Shown piece after piece: positions 19,774 to 29,995 of a stretch of DNA of 31,808 bases. The position numbers were made by a program, and so were the translations under genes. This DNA comes from an uncultured Nitrososphaerales archaeon (GTDB lineage: Archaea; Thermoproteota; Nitrososphaeria; Nitrososphaerales; Nitrososphaeraceae), in assembly GCA_963709405.1 (NCBI GenBank), contig CAVPXM010000041.1:1-31808 (forward strand), in the 5' to 3' direction. Position 1 is the stretch's first letter. Each line of letters opens with the position of its first letter. A model generated the notes under the pieces. The model was not told the DNA's origin and did not search any database. It was given only the letters and a program-made list of their open reading frames with translations.

Positions 19774-20016
19774 TTACCATATTTCGATATCATAATTATT
19801 GTAAGATATAATACCTATCAGCGGGGTGACAGACAGGATATAAATCCGATTTGGACTGCTGTCGCCTTTTACTTGGTAACCGATAAGTCTGTGGCAATCA
19901 TAGCATTGCAACGTGATTGTGCATGACCTATGAAATGCCTTGCCATCAGCAAAAACTGTAGGCTGAGATTCACTTGAAGCACGTCCACATTCATAACAGT
20001 GATTATCATTTTTCAT
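19774..20016 (-). CDS. Small zinc-finger protein (LIM-like spacing)
   Basis: MKNDNH-CYEC-x18-HRSC-x5-CYDC; the ATG at 20014-20016 is more plausible than the ORF-track start. Confidence 0.6.
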   Translation of the reverse strand: MKNDNHCYECGRASSESQPTVFADGKAFHRSCTITLQCYDCHRLIGYQVKGDSSPNRIYILSVTPLIGIISYNNYDIEIW

Positions 20017-20357
20017 ATCTATTGTTATTATTATGGAATGTAATGCTATAGGGCTATTCAGGATATTAAGACACATTCTTTTGAGGTGAATCGATAGATG
20101 GTTTATACAACGATGACGAACTTGTTTTATACTATTTATTAGCTGTTTAGGTCGTTTTATATAGAAACGCCTGATGTTTTCTATATACATTGTGAATAGC
20201 ATTATAAAATGTATCATCATCAAAATGGTTTCAATTCTAGCATGGTCTCATTGCTATGGATATTGATGGCTAATAACCTAGTGCCAGGTTTTTATCCGCG
20301 ATCGGATATGTCAAGCTTGTAAAAATAATTTGCTAAGAATTGAAGAACTAGAAATAG

Positions 20358-20366
20358 TATTAAATA
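20358..20366 (+). promoter_or_regulatory. Archaeal TATA box
   Basis: TATTAAATA with purine-rich upstream bases, about 24 nt before ATG 20390. Confidence 0.55.
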
Positions 20367-20389
20367 GTAATTCTCTCACATAGGAAGTA

Positions 20390-21266
20390 ATGATAAAAAA
20401 AAGCGTTACGGTTTGGCTTATCCTTTCATACATCTTCGTTGCAACTATCCTCCTGTCTACGAACTTTGTGAGTTATAAAATAATGCCTTCTGCTTTTGCT
20501 CAGACCAATGCTGGCCGTAATAGCTGCGTTATCTCTTAATGATAACGAGACAAATGCTAATCAGGGTTTGGAAACAAAAAAAATGGTCAATTATTTTGAT
20601 AGCTCTTCTGGATATTTAGTATACCCTAACACGTCTAACTTTGTTAACAAGAAAAGTCCTGCAATAATAATGATCCACGAAAATCGTGGGTTAAATGGCT
20701 ATATCAAAGACATGGCAAACACGTTAGCAAGGCAAGGATACGTTGTGCTGGCTGTAGATTTATTCAAAGGTCAAATTGCTACAACCAATGATCAAGCTAG
20801 ACTTCTATCTGCCTCTGTACGAAATAATCCCACGGAGGCTATTGCCAATTTACAGTCTGCTGTAAGATACGTGAGCTCTCTTCCATTTGTTGATCCTTCT
20901 AAAATTGCTTCAATAGGTTGGTGCTTTGGAGGAGGGCAATCGTTACAGTTGGCATTGAATAGTCAAAATCATCCCCTAGTCGCTACTATTCTGTATTATG
21001 GTACACCGTTAGTCACGGACAGCCAGCAACTTTCAAAAATTAAGTGGCCGGTATTGGGAATATTTGGAGACAGAGATTAAGCAAATCCACTACCATTGAT
21101 AAATAAATTTAAAGTAGCGTTGAATGCGGATAAAATAAGCAATGAGATTCTTATTTACAAGGGACTAGGTCATGCCTTCGCTAATCCTTCTAACCAGAAT
21201 TTTGCTCCTAAGGAGACTGCGGACGCTTGGCAAAAAACATTGACATTCTTAAAGAAATATCTTTGA
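20390..21266 (+). pseudogene. Dienelactone hydrolase family protein with signal peptide; +1 frameshift near 20525 and TAA at 21078-21080
   Basis: IHENRGLN, GWCFGG, GDRD*, GHAFANPS, DAWQKTLTFL; N-terminal hydrophobic stretch ending SAFAQ. Confidence 0.9.
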
Positions 21267-21569
21267 GATATGCTATATGATTCTGATTTATATACGTTCT
21301 TTATCTAGTAGAGATGGATTTTTTCAAAGCATAATGGTATCCATGTCCGAATACCTCACAAGTCGATCGTTACGAAGACATCTCAATGACTATGGGTAAG
21401 GATAGTCTTTGAATTCTGGGAAATTCAAAAGTGAAAAAGATCCAGATAAATAAAATTAGAAAGCTTGTAGGGTCTGACTTGAATTTGAATTATCACTGTT
21501 GTGGCAAAAAGGATAAAGTGTATTTGTGTATTAAATAGGACCGCGAGAAGCTATTCAGGGATTAGATTG

Positions 21570-22592
21570 TCATTGAATATTCTGGACCTCTCTGACACTG
21601 AAATTTTTTATGTCTACGTCCTTTGCATTGTCCCATCCAAATACCGCGATAGGCCTTCCCCAAGTCATAATTTGGTCGGGTGAACCCATGCAGTATTGAC
21701 TCGGTACCCCATCCACCGTTGTCGATTTTCTCATCGAACTTTTTCCATGAGGTGACATCAGCATTTTCATTAATCCAGTTTTCCATTTTTACGAATGTAG
21801 TGCCATTTTTTAATTGAGGCAGATTATACATCACAAACTTGAATCCAGCCCATTTGTCTATCGCCGTTGTTTGACAATTGTGCGTTGTATGCCGACCCTT
21901 CACATCCATTATCATAGGTCTAATAATCTCCTCCCCTTGCATAGCATGGGAATTCATCAGGTTCGTCTTTCTTCTCACTCTTGCCATTAATGAATTTAAG
22001 ATAGCCTGTCATTTCTACATTCTTCCTATCCTTTGGAGATTGCATATATACTTTGGAGATAAATCCGTCTGGTTAAACGTTCCAATTTTACTTTCATTAT
22101 AGCCTTAGGACGTCAATACGTCTAGCCGTACCTGTGGTGATCTTTCTTTCCACGACCCGTCTCCATTATTAATCAACCATGATTTTTTATCAAATCATTC
22201 ATCGTGTGCTATGTCAAACCTAGAATCGCGATGAGGTTCGGTCATATTCATATACCATTCTTCATCATTATGTTTAGTAGGATATAGCAATACTATTCCG
22301 AACTTGTCTTAATACTGCTGTAAATTAGTCTCAATCATTCGTGGACTTGGATAAGAAGGTAAATAGCGTTCCGCGTATCGTATTTGGTTAACCGAGGGAT
22401 CAAGTCCGATGGACATGATTGGTACTGTGATTTAAACGAGTATTATAGTACCCGCTGGAGACATATCTATCGTTAGATTAAATATCAGCCATACAATTGG
22501 CTATGACCGGTACCCTCACTAACGAAAAGTAAACTAATAGAGATGCCTATTACACATAAATGCTGCAAAGAATTTTTGCTTAATAAATCCAA
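21570..22592 (-). pseudogene. Decayed paralog of the 17727-18713 secreted protein
   Basis: DKFGIVLLYPTK..EWYMNM, KWAGFKFVMYN, VKMENW, DNGGWG, KNFSVREV spread over several frames with stops. Confidence 0.8.
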
Positions 22593-23325
22593 GCCTTACA
22601 CTAGGTTACCTATAATTCTTGATATGTAAAGAATATGAAATTTTTGTATTCTATTCGTTAATCTACGAAATTTTATAAATATTTATTCTGTTAAAAATAT
22701 CTACGACCTAGGCTCCTTATGAGAAAAGATCTGAATATTATGCATTACTAAATAGACAATTCTAATGTGGACCAAATAAGACTTACCGGTAAGTCATTGT
22801 CACAAATCCAATAATCATTATCTTCCTGGCGCTTGACTTATTGGTTACATCAGCCGTTCTAAACAGATCCATTACTAGTCGAATGTCCTGCATGTTAGAA
22901 TATCCATGTATTTCATAGATAAAATCTATCTGTTACACGAAACAAATTTCATTTCATCATCAAGTGAATGGAATTGAATATGGATCTCTTGACGGCTAAA
23001 AACAAAAGTTTGCTTTATTTCCGGCACTTATTATCAAGTTTTTACGATTCAATGTACTTTACTAGAAAAGAACAAAGAATAGTTTCATAATCCTCAAGGA
23101 TAGCTGGAAGCAGAGACCTTTATTTGAAGTTAAGCCTGTTAGGATCGGGGATATTGAACTAATCTTTACATGATAAGTTTATACTTTAATAGTGTGAATA
23201 TCTGAAGGGTCCGACAAGGTAGGTCAAAAATTCGGAGCACACTGAGATCCTTTCTTTCTTTAGAATAGGACTTGGGTAGCTTCATTAGCTAATTTAATAT
23301 ATTTCTGGATCCTCTAAGAAATAGG

Positions 23326-23854
23326 ATGAATCCAAATGCTGATGAAAGAAATATGGAAGGAATCATGATCGTAAAGGTAATCGCAGCTCTGACGGTCATA
23401 TCTCTTATCTCATTACAGCTGTTGTTGTACCCATTGAAAATTGATGGCAGCACTTCTATCAACAACGTTGTATATGCGGTCGGTGAAGGTAAGCCAATAT
23501 CTATAAAATTGAATTATGCGCATTTCGCGCCACTGACCAATAACAGCAAATCACACCAAGTTAAGGTCATAGGTCCTCTATACCGTTATGCCGTCATCCA
23601 CTACTATAAACATGGCACAGAATGCAATGATGAAAGTCTATGCACTTAATGGAACATTGTTGAAGACGACTTCATTCCCTGGGGGCCTAAAGGTTAATGC
23701 TACTGGTGGCAAAGCACAGCTTGCAACTACTCTGACTGATAGCAGAATAAAGAATATTATTGCATCGGTGATGTTCACTGACTCATCAAAAAGTGCAAAT
23801 TTCTCTAATCCTCTGAATGTGAAACTTAACCTTGGACAAACAATTCAGCCCTAA
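23326..23854 (+). CDS. Secreted hypothetical protein, +1 frameshift near 23572
   Basis: Overlapping ORFs 23326-23649 and 23588-23854 join; signal-like N-terminus ending VVYA; TTTAATATA at 23293-23301. Confidence 0.7.
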
Positions 23855-24510
23855 ACTGAATTGTAAACTAGAATAGTAGATGCTGGTCGAGTGCTTGAAC
23901 TTGATCGTCGATAGAAATGTCTATTTAAAATCAAGAATAGTACGATCCTTGTTATGGATATGAAAAAGTCAGCATTGGCAGTATTGTGAGTAAAAGCTGT
24001 ATGGCTACGTAAGATATTTGAAAATGTAAATGTTTAACCAGATTATGAAGTCGTTTTTTTGATTGGAATAGGTTCTGGGGGCCAAAAATACCTTCACATA
24101 TGCCAGATATCATTCAGGTGGAATATGGCTGCCATTTGTACTTTTTTATTTTCAGCTTTTTACAAGGATTCTAATAACATATCATGTATCTTTTTTTACA
24201 TCACTTATTGAGTAACTATATATCTTATTTTGAAGAGTTATAGCGAGTAATCTAATTAAACAACTCTATATGTCAGTATCCAATGAAATGCGATGAAATA
24301 ATTGTCTATCATATTTATTATATTCTATTTGTGGCGATACATGGGTGAATGCGAATCGTATGACGAGGTCAGCTATTCTGAAGCAGTATGAAGAATAATA
24401 TGGCGATTAGTGAATCAATACACAAGAATAAACAAATAACCGCAAGGCTTCTTTATATTCAAGTCTATTTACGAAAATGTTGGAAAATAGATTGAAAACT
24501 AATCATAGAA

Positions 24511-25457
24511 ATGAATAATCAATCTAAACTAAAACGGTCGCTAACAAGAGGAGCAAGACTTAGAATTATGCTTTTTCTTAACTCCATGTATCTAGCAGAC
24601 TGCCTCCATTACCGTTCTAGTCACCGGAAGTTTAGCATTGTTTTCTGAAGCTGGACATGTGCTAGCTGACGTAGGAGGAGTTGCTCTTGCTATCTATGCA
24701 ATCAGCTTCACTCAAAAAGCTGCTACTCCACAGAGGACATATGGTTTTTACAGGATGGAAATACTCGCATCACTCGTAAATAGTGTTGTCTTGGCTTTAC
24801 TTTCAATCTATATTCTGTATGAAGGCTTTAGGCGTATCTTTGAACCACCTGAAATTCAAGGACTGCCTCTAATAATAGTTGCCTCAATAGGAGTTGTAGT
24901 AAATTTCATTGGAATGCGATTATTGTCAACTTCCGATGGACACTCACACGTCCACACCTCCCATTCTCATGGTAACGATCGAGGAGAGGTGGAAGAAATA
25001 CAAAACTTGAATGTAAAGGCGGTTTATTTAGAGAGTTTTAGTGATACTTTAGGTTCGGCGGGCGTCCTAGTTGCTGGCATAATAATGCTAACTACAAAGT
25101 TTTACCTGGCAGATCCACTAATAAGCATTGGACTGGCCTTATTCATGATTCCAAGAGCGTGGTCCATAATCAGAAACGCTGTTGATATACTTATGGAAGG
25201 CGTTCCGGCGAATCTGTCGCATGAGGAGGTGAAAAAGGCCGTACTACAAATAAAGGGCGTAACAGGCGTGTTTGAGCTACATATATGGACTATCACTTCT
25301 GGTATGAACGCATTGTCTGCTCATGTTGTCGTGATAGATCCTACTAAATCACAACTAATTCTGCAAGAGATAAATTCAGGTACTGGAAAAGACATTTAAG
25401 ATAACCCATGCAACAATTCAAATAGAGAGATATCATGAGGACTCGGCAGCATATTAA
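24511..25457 (+). CDS. Cation diffusion facilitator (CzcD/ZitB-like), two +1 frameshifts
   Basis: SLALFSEAGHVLAD, TYGFYRMEIL, His-rich loop HSHVHTSHSHG, ELHIWTITSG, SAHVV, shifted tail ITHATIQIE; breaks near 24599 and 25379. Confidence 0.92.
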
Positions 25458-25500
25458 AAATATGACGATTTTGATGGTAGAATGATATAGCGAAATATTC

Positions 25501-25516
25501 GATAAGGTTTTTATAC
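25501..25516 (+). promoter_or_regulatory. BRE/TATA-like promoter with no downstream ORF
   Basis: GATAAGG-TTTTTATA, about 22 nt before the first hairpin. Confidence 0.55.
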
Positions 25517-25536
25517 CCATAATAAGAAGTTAATAT

Positions 25537-25646
25537 AGAGATTCATAGGAGTCTCTTTTCTGAAGGTTGGACGCTCCAACAAATGGAGTTTGGTAGCTAC
25601 CAACACTTAACCTTCGGAATATTTATTCTTACTTGGTTCCTTTTTA
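25537..25646 (+). ncRNA. Candidate structured small RNA (hairpin plus three-way junction)
   Basis: Stems 25537-44/25549-56; 25558-69/25608-19 (12 bp); 25573-78/25584-89; 25590-94/25599-603; T-run at about 25641-25646. Confidence 0.4.
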
Positions 25647-25649
25647 AGC

Positions 25650-25813
25650 AATGCTCAAAATTTATCTGAAAAATAATATGTAGACTGGCTCATCGTTCTG
25701 ATGATGCACGACGGTACCGTCAAATCGTTGTGGATTTATTGGAGGCAGAATTTAAAAGAATAGCAGTCGTGCTTTCGAAAAATGCCCCAGACTCGTAACG
25801 TGGCCAGATCTCA
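25650..25813 (+). mobile_element. Possible degenerate IS200/IS605 (IS1341-type) right end / omegaRNA relic
   Basis: AATGCCCCAGACTCGTAACGTGGCCAGATCTCA loosely resembles recalled archaeal IS1341 ends (AATGCCACGACTTTAGTCGTGGC..TCA); GCACGAC/GTCGTGC pairing upstream. Confidence 0.3.
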
Positions 25814-26383
25814 AATTATCGGTAATGGATACGATGACTATTACTGACCTGGCCTCTAATGTATTTAATTCTCGCATTGACCGTGCGATGCAGCCTTAGA
25901 TGGACATAGTAGACCGAATAAAATTAAACAATCGCAAAATGATACAACTAGTAAAAGATGAGATTCATTCTGACATCCTCTTTGTTCATCTCAGTTTATA
26001 ATGCGTGAGCATGGTTAACAGCAATTCGTGGATCACCATTCATATCGACATACTAGATGTTAAGTAATGGTACAATATCCATAGCAATGTTCGGCTTTCT
26101 TAGCAATTCTAAAAATTCCTATTTAATTCAAAAAAAATCAGTATTATGTTAGATTAGAGTACAAGATAGAAGGATAAAAGATGTAATTGAAACTGATGTT
26201 AAGCAATTCACTTTTTAAGATGACTCGATACTTTACTTAGACAATTGGGTATTTAATCTCAATTGGTCTAATGATATAGCTCTAGTATGAGATTTAGCCA
26301 GAGTATTTTCAAGGCATTTGAGTTCATGATCCAATTTGCGATTATTCGGTTGGACATTGCTTTCCAAATAAAATCGAGGGGAT

Positions 26384-27409
26384 TTAATTTACAGTTAAAA
26401 GAACCAAGTCAAACCAATTGTTTTTGTCGACAAAATTTCTTTGTACCTTGAAACCGCTATTCTCTACTAGTTCCTTTATCTGCTTTATCGAATATTTATA
26501 TGAATTTTCGGTATGGATTGTTTCGCCTTTCCTAAAAGTCACCGTTTTTCCAATACTGTTAATTTTTATTTTTTGATCTGTTCTCGAAATAAGATGCATC
26601 TCTATCCTTCTATTCTTAACATTATAAAATGCAGAATGAGCGAAGGTACCCAGATCGAATTCTCCTCCTAAATCTCTATTTATTCTACATAAAATATTTA
26701 GATTAAATTTCGCGGTAATCCCATTCTTATCGTTATAGGCGGCTTCTAATATTTTCGAGTCTTTATGAAGATCAAAGCCAATCAAGAAACCATCATTGTT
26801 ACTATTCTCTAGTCTGGATCGTATCTGTTTTAGAAATACCAATGCATCAGTGGGTTCAAAATTACCAATGCTTGAGCCAAGAAAAAGAATCAGTTTGTTC
26901 AAAGGCGCAATTCTGCACTCTTCCTTAATAGAGATAATATCTTCAACCATACTGATGCCTTGGATATAATCTGAATGAATTGCTAACATGTCTACACTAG
27001 GAAATTCACTTGGAAGCTTTTTGATTGTTTCCTCTAGAATTGTATCTGAGAGATCTACTGGAAAGTAATATAATCGCTTGTTTTGTTGCATATTCACAAA
27101 TTGCTGAAGAAGAGTCCGAGTTTTCGTAGAGCTTCCACTTCCGAGTTCTACCAACGCAATTTGTTCAAAATCTTTATACAAATTCGCAATCTCACATGAA
27201 TACTTATCTAATATCTCAAGCTCAACTCTCGTCAGGTAGTATTCTGGTTGCAAACATATTTGTTCGAAAAGTTGTGAACCTACCTTATCGTAAAGATATT
27301 TGGGGTTAATTTTCTTTACATTACCCTCAATTAGCGTCCCTAGATTATCTTCAATATGAGATGCAAATTCATCCGTCAGTTCTACCTGTGGGGATGAGGT
27401 GAATATCAA
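26384..27409 (-). CDS. egtD: L-histidine N-alpha-methyltransferase
   Basis: PKYLYD.VGSQLFEQI..PEYYLTR, ELGSGS, FLGSSIGNF, AAYND..GITAKFNLN, RIEMHL, IHTENSYKY. Confidence 0.93.
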   Translation of the reverse strand: MIFTSSPQVELTDEFASHIEDNLGTLIEGNVKKINPKYLYDKVGSQLFEQICLQPEYYLTRVELEILDKYSCEIANLYKDFEQIALVELGSGSSTKTRTLLQQFVNMQQNKRLYYFPVDLSDTILEETIKKLPSEFPSVDMLAIHSDYIQGISMVEDIISIKEECRIAPLNKLILFLGSSIGNFEPTDALVFLKQIRSRLENSNNDGFLIGFDLHKDSKILEAAYNDKNGITAKFNLNILCRINRDLGGEFDLGTFAHSAFYNVKNRRIEMHLISRTDQKIKINSIGKTVTFRKGETIHTENSYKYSIKQIKELVENSGFKVQRNFVDKNNWFDLVLLTVN

Positions 27410-27468
27410 CTCTATTTGGTGATGACACCTTGACTATTATAATAAAATAACGATTGTCTAGACGATTA

Positions 27469-27708
27469 TTAATACTTCTTATTTTTATATATATGCATCA
27501 AAGTAATGACAACGACCAGCGGACTGATTGCTTCAGAGGCGTATACTAATTTCATAAACTCACTTGAGAGTCCAAAAAGCCGCGATCGGAAATAGTAGCC
27601 AATTAATAAAAGACCTATTAGAGATTCGACTAATTTTAATGCTATTAACAACGAAAGTAAAGATGTTCTTCGCGAAGATGTCAGATCCAATTGGAAATAG
27701 TGCTCCAA
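27469..27708 (-). CDS. Small hydrophobic hypothetical protein or fragment
   Basis: Two hydrophobic segments; start uncertain. Confidence 0.3.
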   Translation of the reverse strand: MEHYFQLDLTSSRRTSLLSLLIALKLVESLIGLLLIGYYFRSRLFGLSSEFMKLVYASEAISPLVVVITLMHIYKNKKY

Positions 27709-28170
27709 ACATACAAATTACAAAGAATATTCAAGAAAACAAATAATTATATTTTGCCAATTATTGATCCTAGTCTTTTTATTTTAGAAAAAGATTATGG
27801 GATTAAAAATCCATTTGATGATATTTCTAACATTAAACGATAATACAATAGAAGGTTAGCGAGTTATCATGGGTTTAAACGGACGAATGAAAACGGCAAA
27901 CAAAGAGCGAAACCAAATCTGTGTGGTACATTACTCATATTACTAGCGCATTTATGTAAGCTATAATGATAAGCATATGACCTTCACTACTTCGGGTGGC
28001 AGACTTTGGGGTTCATGACAGTATATGCCAGATAAATTGACTGAAAGAATTAATAATTAAATTTATAATGAATAATTTTCTATATATATTTATCATAATC
28101 TGTCAGTGAAAAAGCCTAGACCTAGTTTTATATTTTTTTTATTTTAAACCTGTATTTTTAAAACTAATAG

Positions 28171-28395
28171 ATGAAACGAGACTCTGGAAAACTTGCAGTT
28201 ACTGCAGGTCATAAAGTTGGTTAGAACGCCGGAAATATCAAACGTCAGAGCTGTCATAGCAGAGAATACTGTAGAGGATGGACTGACTCTGCGTGTGATT
28301 CTAACTGGTGTGGTGGGGGCTATACTTCAATGGTCCAAAACTTGAGCCTCAGTAATCTAAGGGAAATGGTAATGGATGTATTGCCATCAGAGTAG
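28171..28395 (+). pseudogene. Small Cys/Trp-rich ORF with internal TAG
   Basis: MKRDSGKLAVTAGHKVG*NAGNIKRQSCHSREYCRGWTDSACDSNWCGGGY..*; TAG at 28222-28224. Confidence 0.3.
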
Positions 28396-28535
28396 TTATA
28401 CAGAGGTGATTAGGAATATGATGAATATCTACAATTTGAAATATAGAGAAAGAAAATAGTCCTTAAAGAGACTATCTTGTACCATCTCTAAACTATTCTA
28501 AAATAGCAGAGAAAATATACTGGGTATCTCAAGGT

Positions 28536-29409
28536 TCAAGGTGAAGTGCATGGTGGTAGCACCTCCATATTAGGACCTGGCACATTCGAGCATCGTATAA
28601 AAGAATGCACAATGCCGAATATAGGCTGACCGACAAAGTGATGATTAGTCGCTCCGTCATTTAATGAAATAGTTATAACCTTGCCACCGTAGATACTGAT
28701 CGTACTCGGGACATTTACCCATGATACACGATGGTTTGTTCCAACGTCCATTGTCCCCTTTAAAAATATTGTGTCAACTGGACGCTGCGTTATGACTATT
28801 TTTTCGATTGATGGCTTAAAATGCAGAAATTCATGAGTATGTGTAGATGTACCGATGTTATTATACCAGATCATGTTAGTATTAAAAGAGGTTACACTTC
28901 CATTGTTTACGCTCATGCTCCAATTGCCGATTGGTACCCAAATAGTATGAGTTGTATAGATGAGAGAATTTATTGAACCATTTGCATTGAAGCCCTCTGT
29001 AGTGGAACCTTGTTGTGATGTAGGTTCAGCTGGTAAAAGCTGATGAGGAAATCTAAAATAAGGAATTACTGGTTGAAGTAGATTTTGTGGCTGGCGAATG
29101 GTTGGCTGTGCTAAGGGCGGTGAAGTTCTTGTCTGTGGACTGGCTGTAAAAATATTATTTTTATTCTGCTGCCTGTGGCAATGATGGTGAGGAAAGCTGT
29201 GATTGTTGCGACTGCGTAGGTTGAAGAGGTACAGGACCGGTAAGACGGCTACTCGACTTCTGTATGCTATTTGCTAATGATTTGTTACCATTTTGTTGGG
29301 CAAATACAGGACTAATATCGGTAGGATTAATCATCAAAAATAATACCATTATCACAATTAATGCTATTACTGGTTCCTCTAGTGACATAATATTAAGAAT
29401 TACAATCAC
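28536..29409 (-). CDS. Secreted protein with Gln/Pro/Ser-rich linker; +1 frameshift near 29172
   Basis: Signal peptide ending PVFAQ; removing one G joins ORF 29161-29409 stop-free to ORF 28536-28916 (HTHEF, NHHFVGQPIFG). Confidence 0.78.
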
Positions 29410-29963
29410 TTGTTTTTATACTTTGAATCGTATATTTCCCAAAAATTATCTAAAGTCTAAAATGACCATTAACCATTCAAATTAAAATTAAAAATAAGTT
29501 ATTAATTATACTGCATCTATATCACCAACATTAAAAATAAAATAAATAGAAGATACCGTTATAGCGGAGACAATTCATGGGAGGTTGAAGAATCGAATGC
29601 TGAATTTGCCAAATTTGAATTTCGAAAATGCCTTGACAAATCATAGTTCCTCGATAGAATATTGCTACTTCACATTTATACAAATCAGCATGGCGTCATG
29701 CTACTAATCCAATAATCATCCAACCGATTTTTCATGTCAATTATTTATCATCATTCTAAGTAGCGGAGATAGGCATGCATATTTCTGCTACATACATTTC
29801 CGAATGTACGTGTAATCATTTTCCATCAGAATTTGGAGCATTGAATTACTTTTTGCCGAGTTCATACCAGCGTTTATGAATAACTAAAATCGTTCTACCA
29901 TCAGACTTATCTTAAGTGTAATTTGTGGCTGGATTATTTAATCCCCCGTTAATATTTCAAGGA

Positions 29964-29972
29964 TTATAAATA
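29964..29972 (+). promoter_or_regulatory. Archaeal TATA box
   Basis: TTATAAATA about 24 nt before ATG 29996. Confidence 0.6.
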
Positions 29973-29995
29973 AGTGCCTTGTTAAAGTTACAAAT

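Noticed and set aside
22589-22610. CCAAGCCT..CTAGGT resembling the IS end at 7893-7913
   Set aside because: Short match with no partner repeat; overlaps the probable pseudogene start.
25560-25585. Hammerhead ribozyme (CTGAAG-stem-AAA; also CTGATGA at 25698)
   Set aside because: Core A9 and G12 are missing and stems I and III cannot be closed properly.
25537-25890. tRNA, SRP RNA, RNase P RNA, fluoride or NiCo riboswitch
   Set aside because: Their conserved sequence motifs are absent.
1170-28224. Stop-codon recoding (Sec/Pyl or alternative code)
   Set aside because: Internal stops are mixed (TGA 1170, TAA 21078, TAG 28222), all three codons end normal genes, and no recoding machinery is seen.
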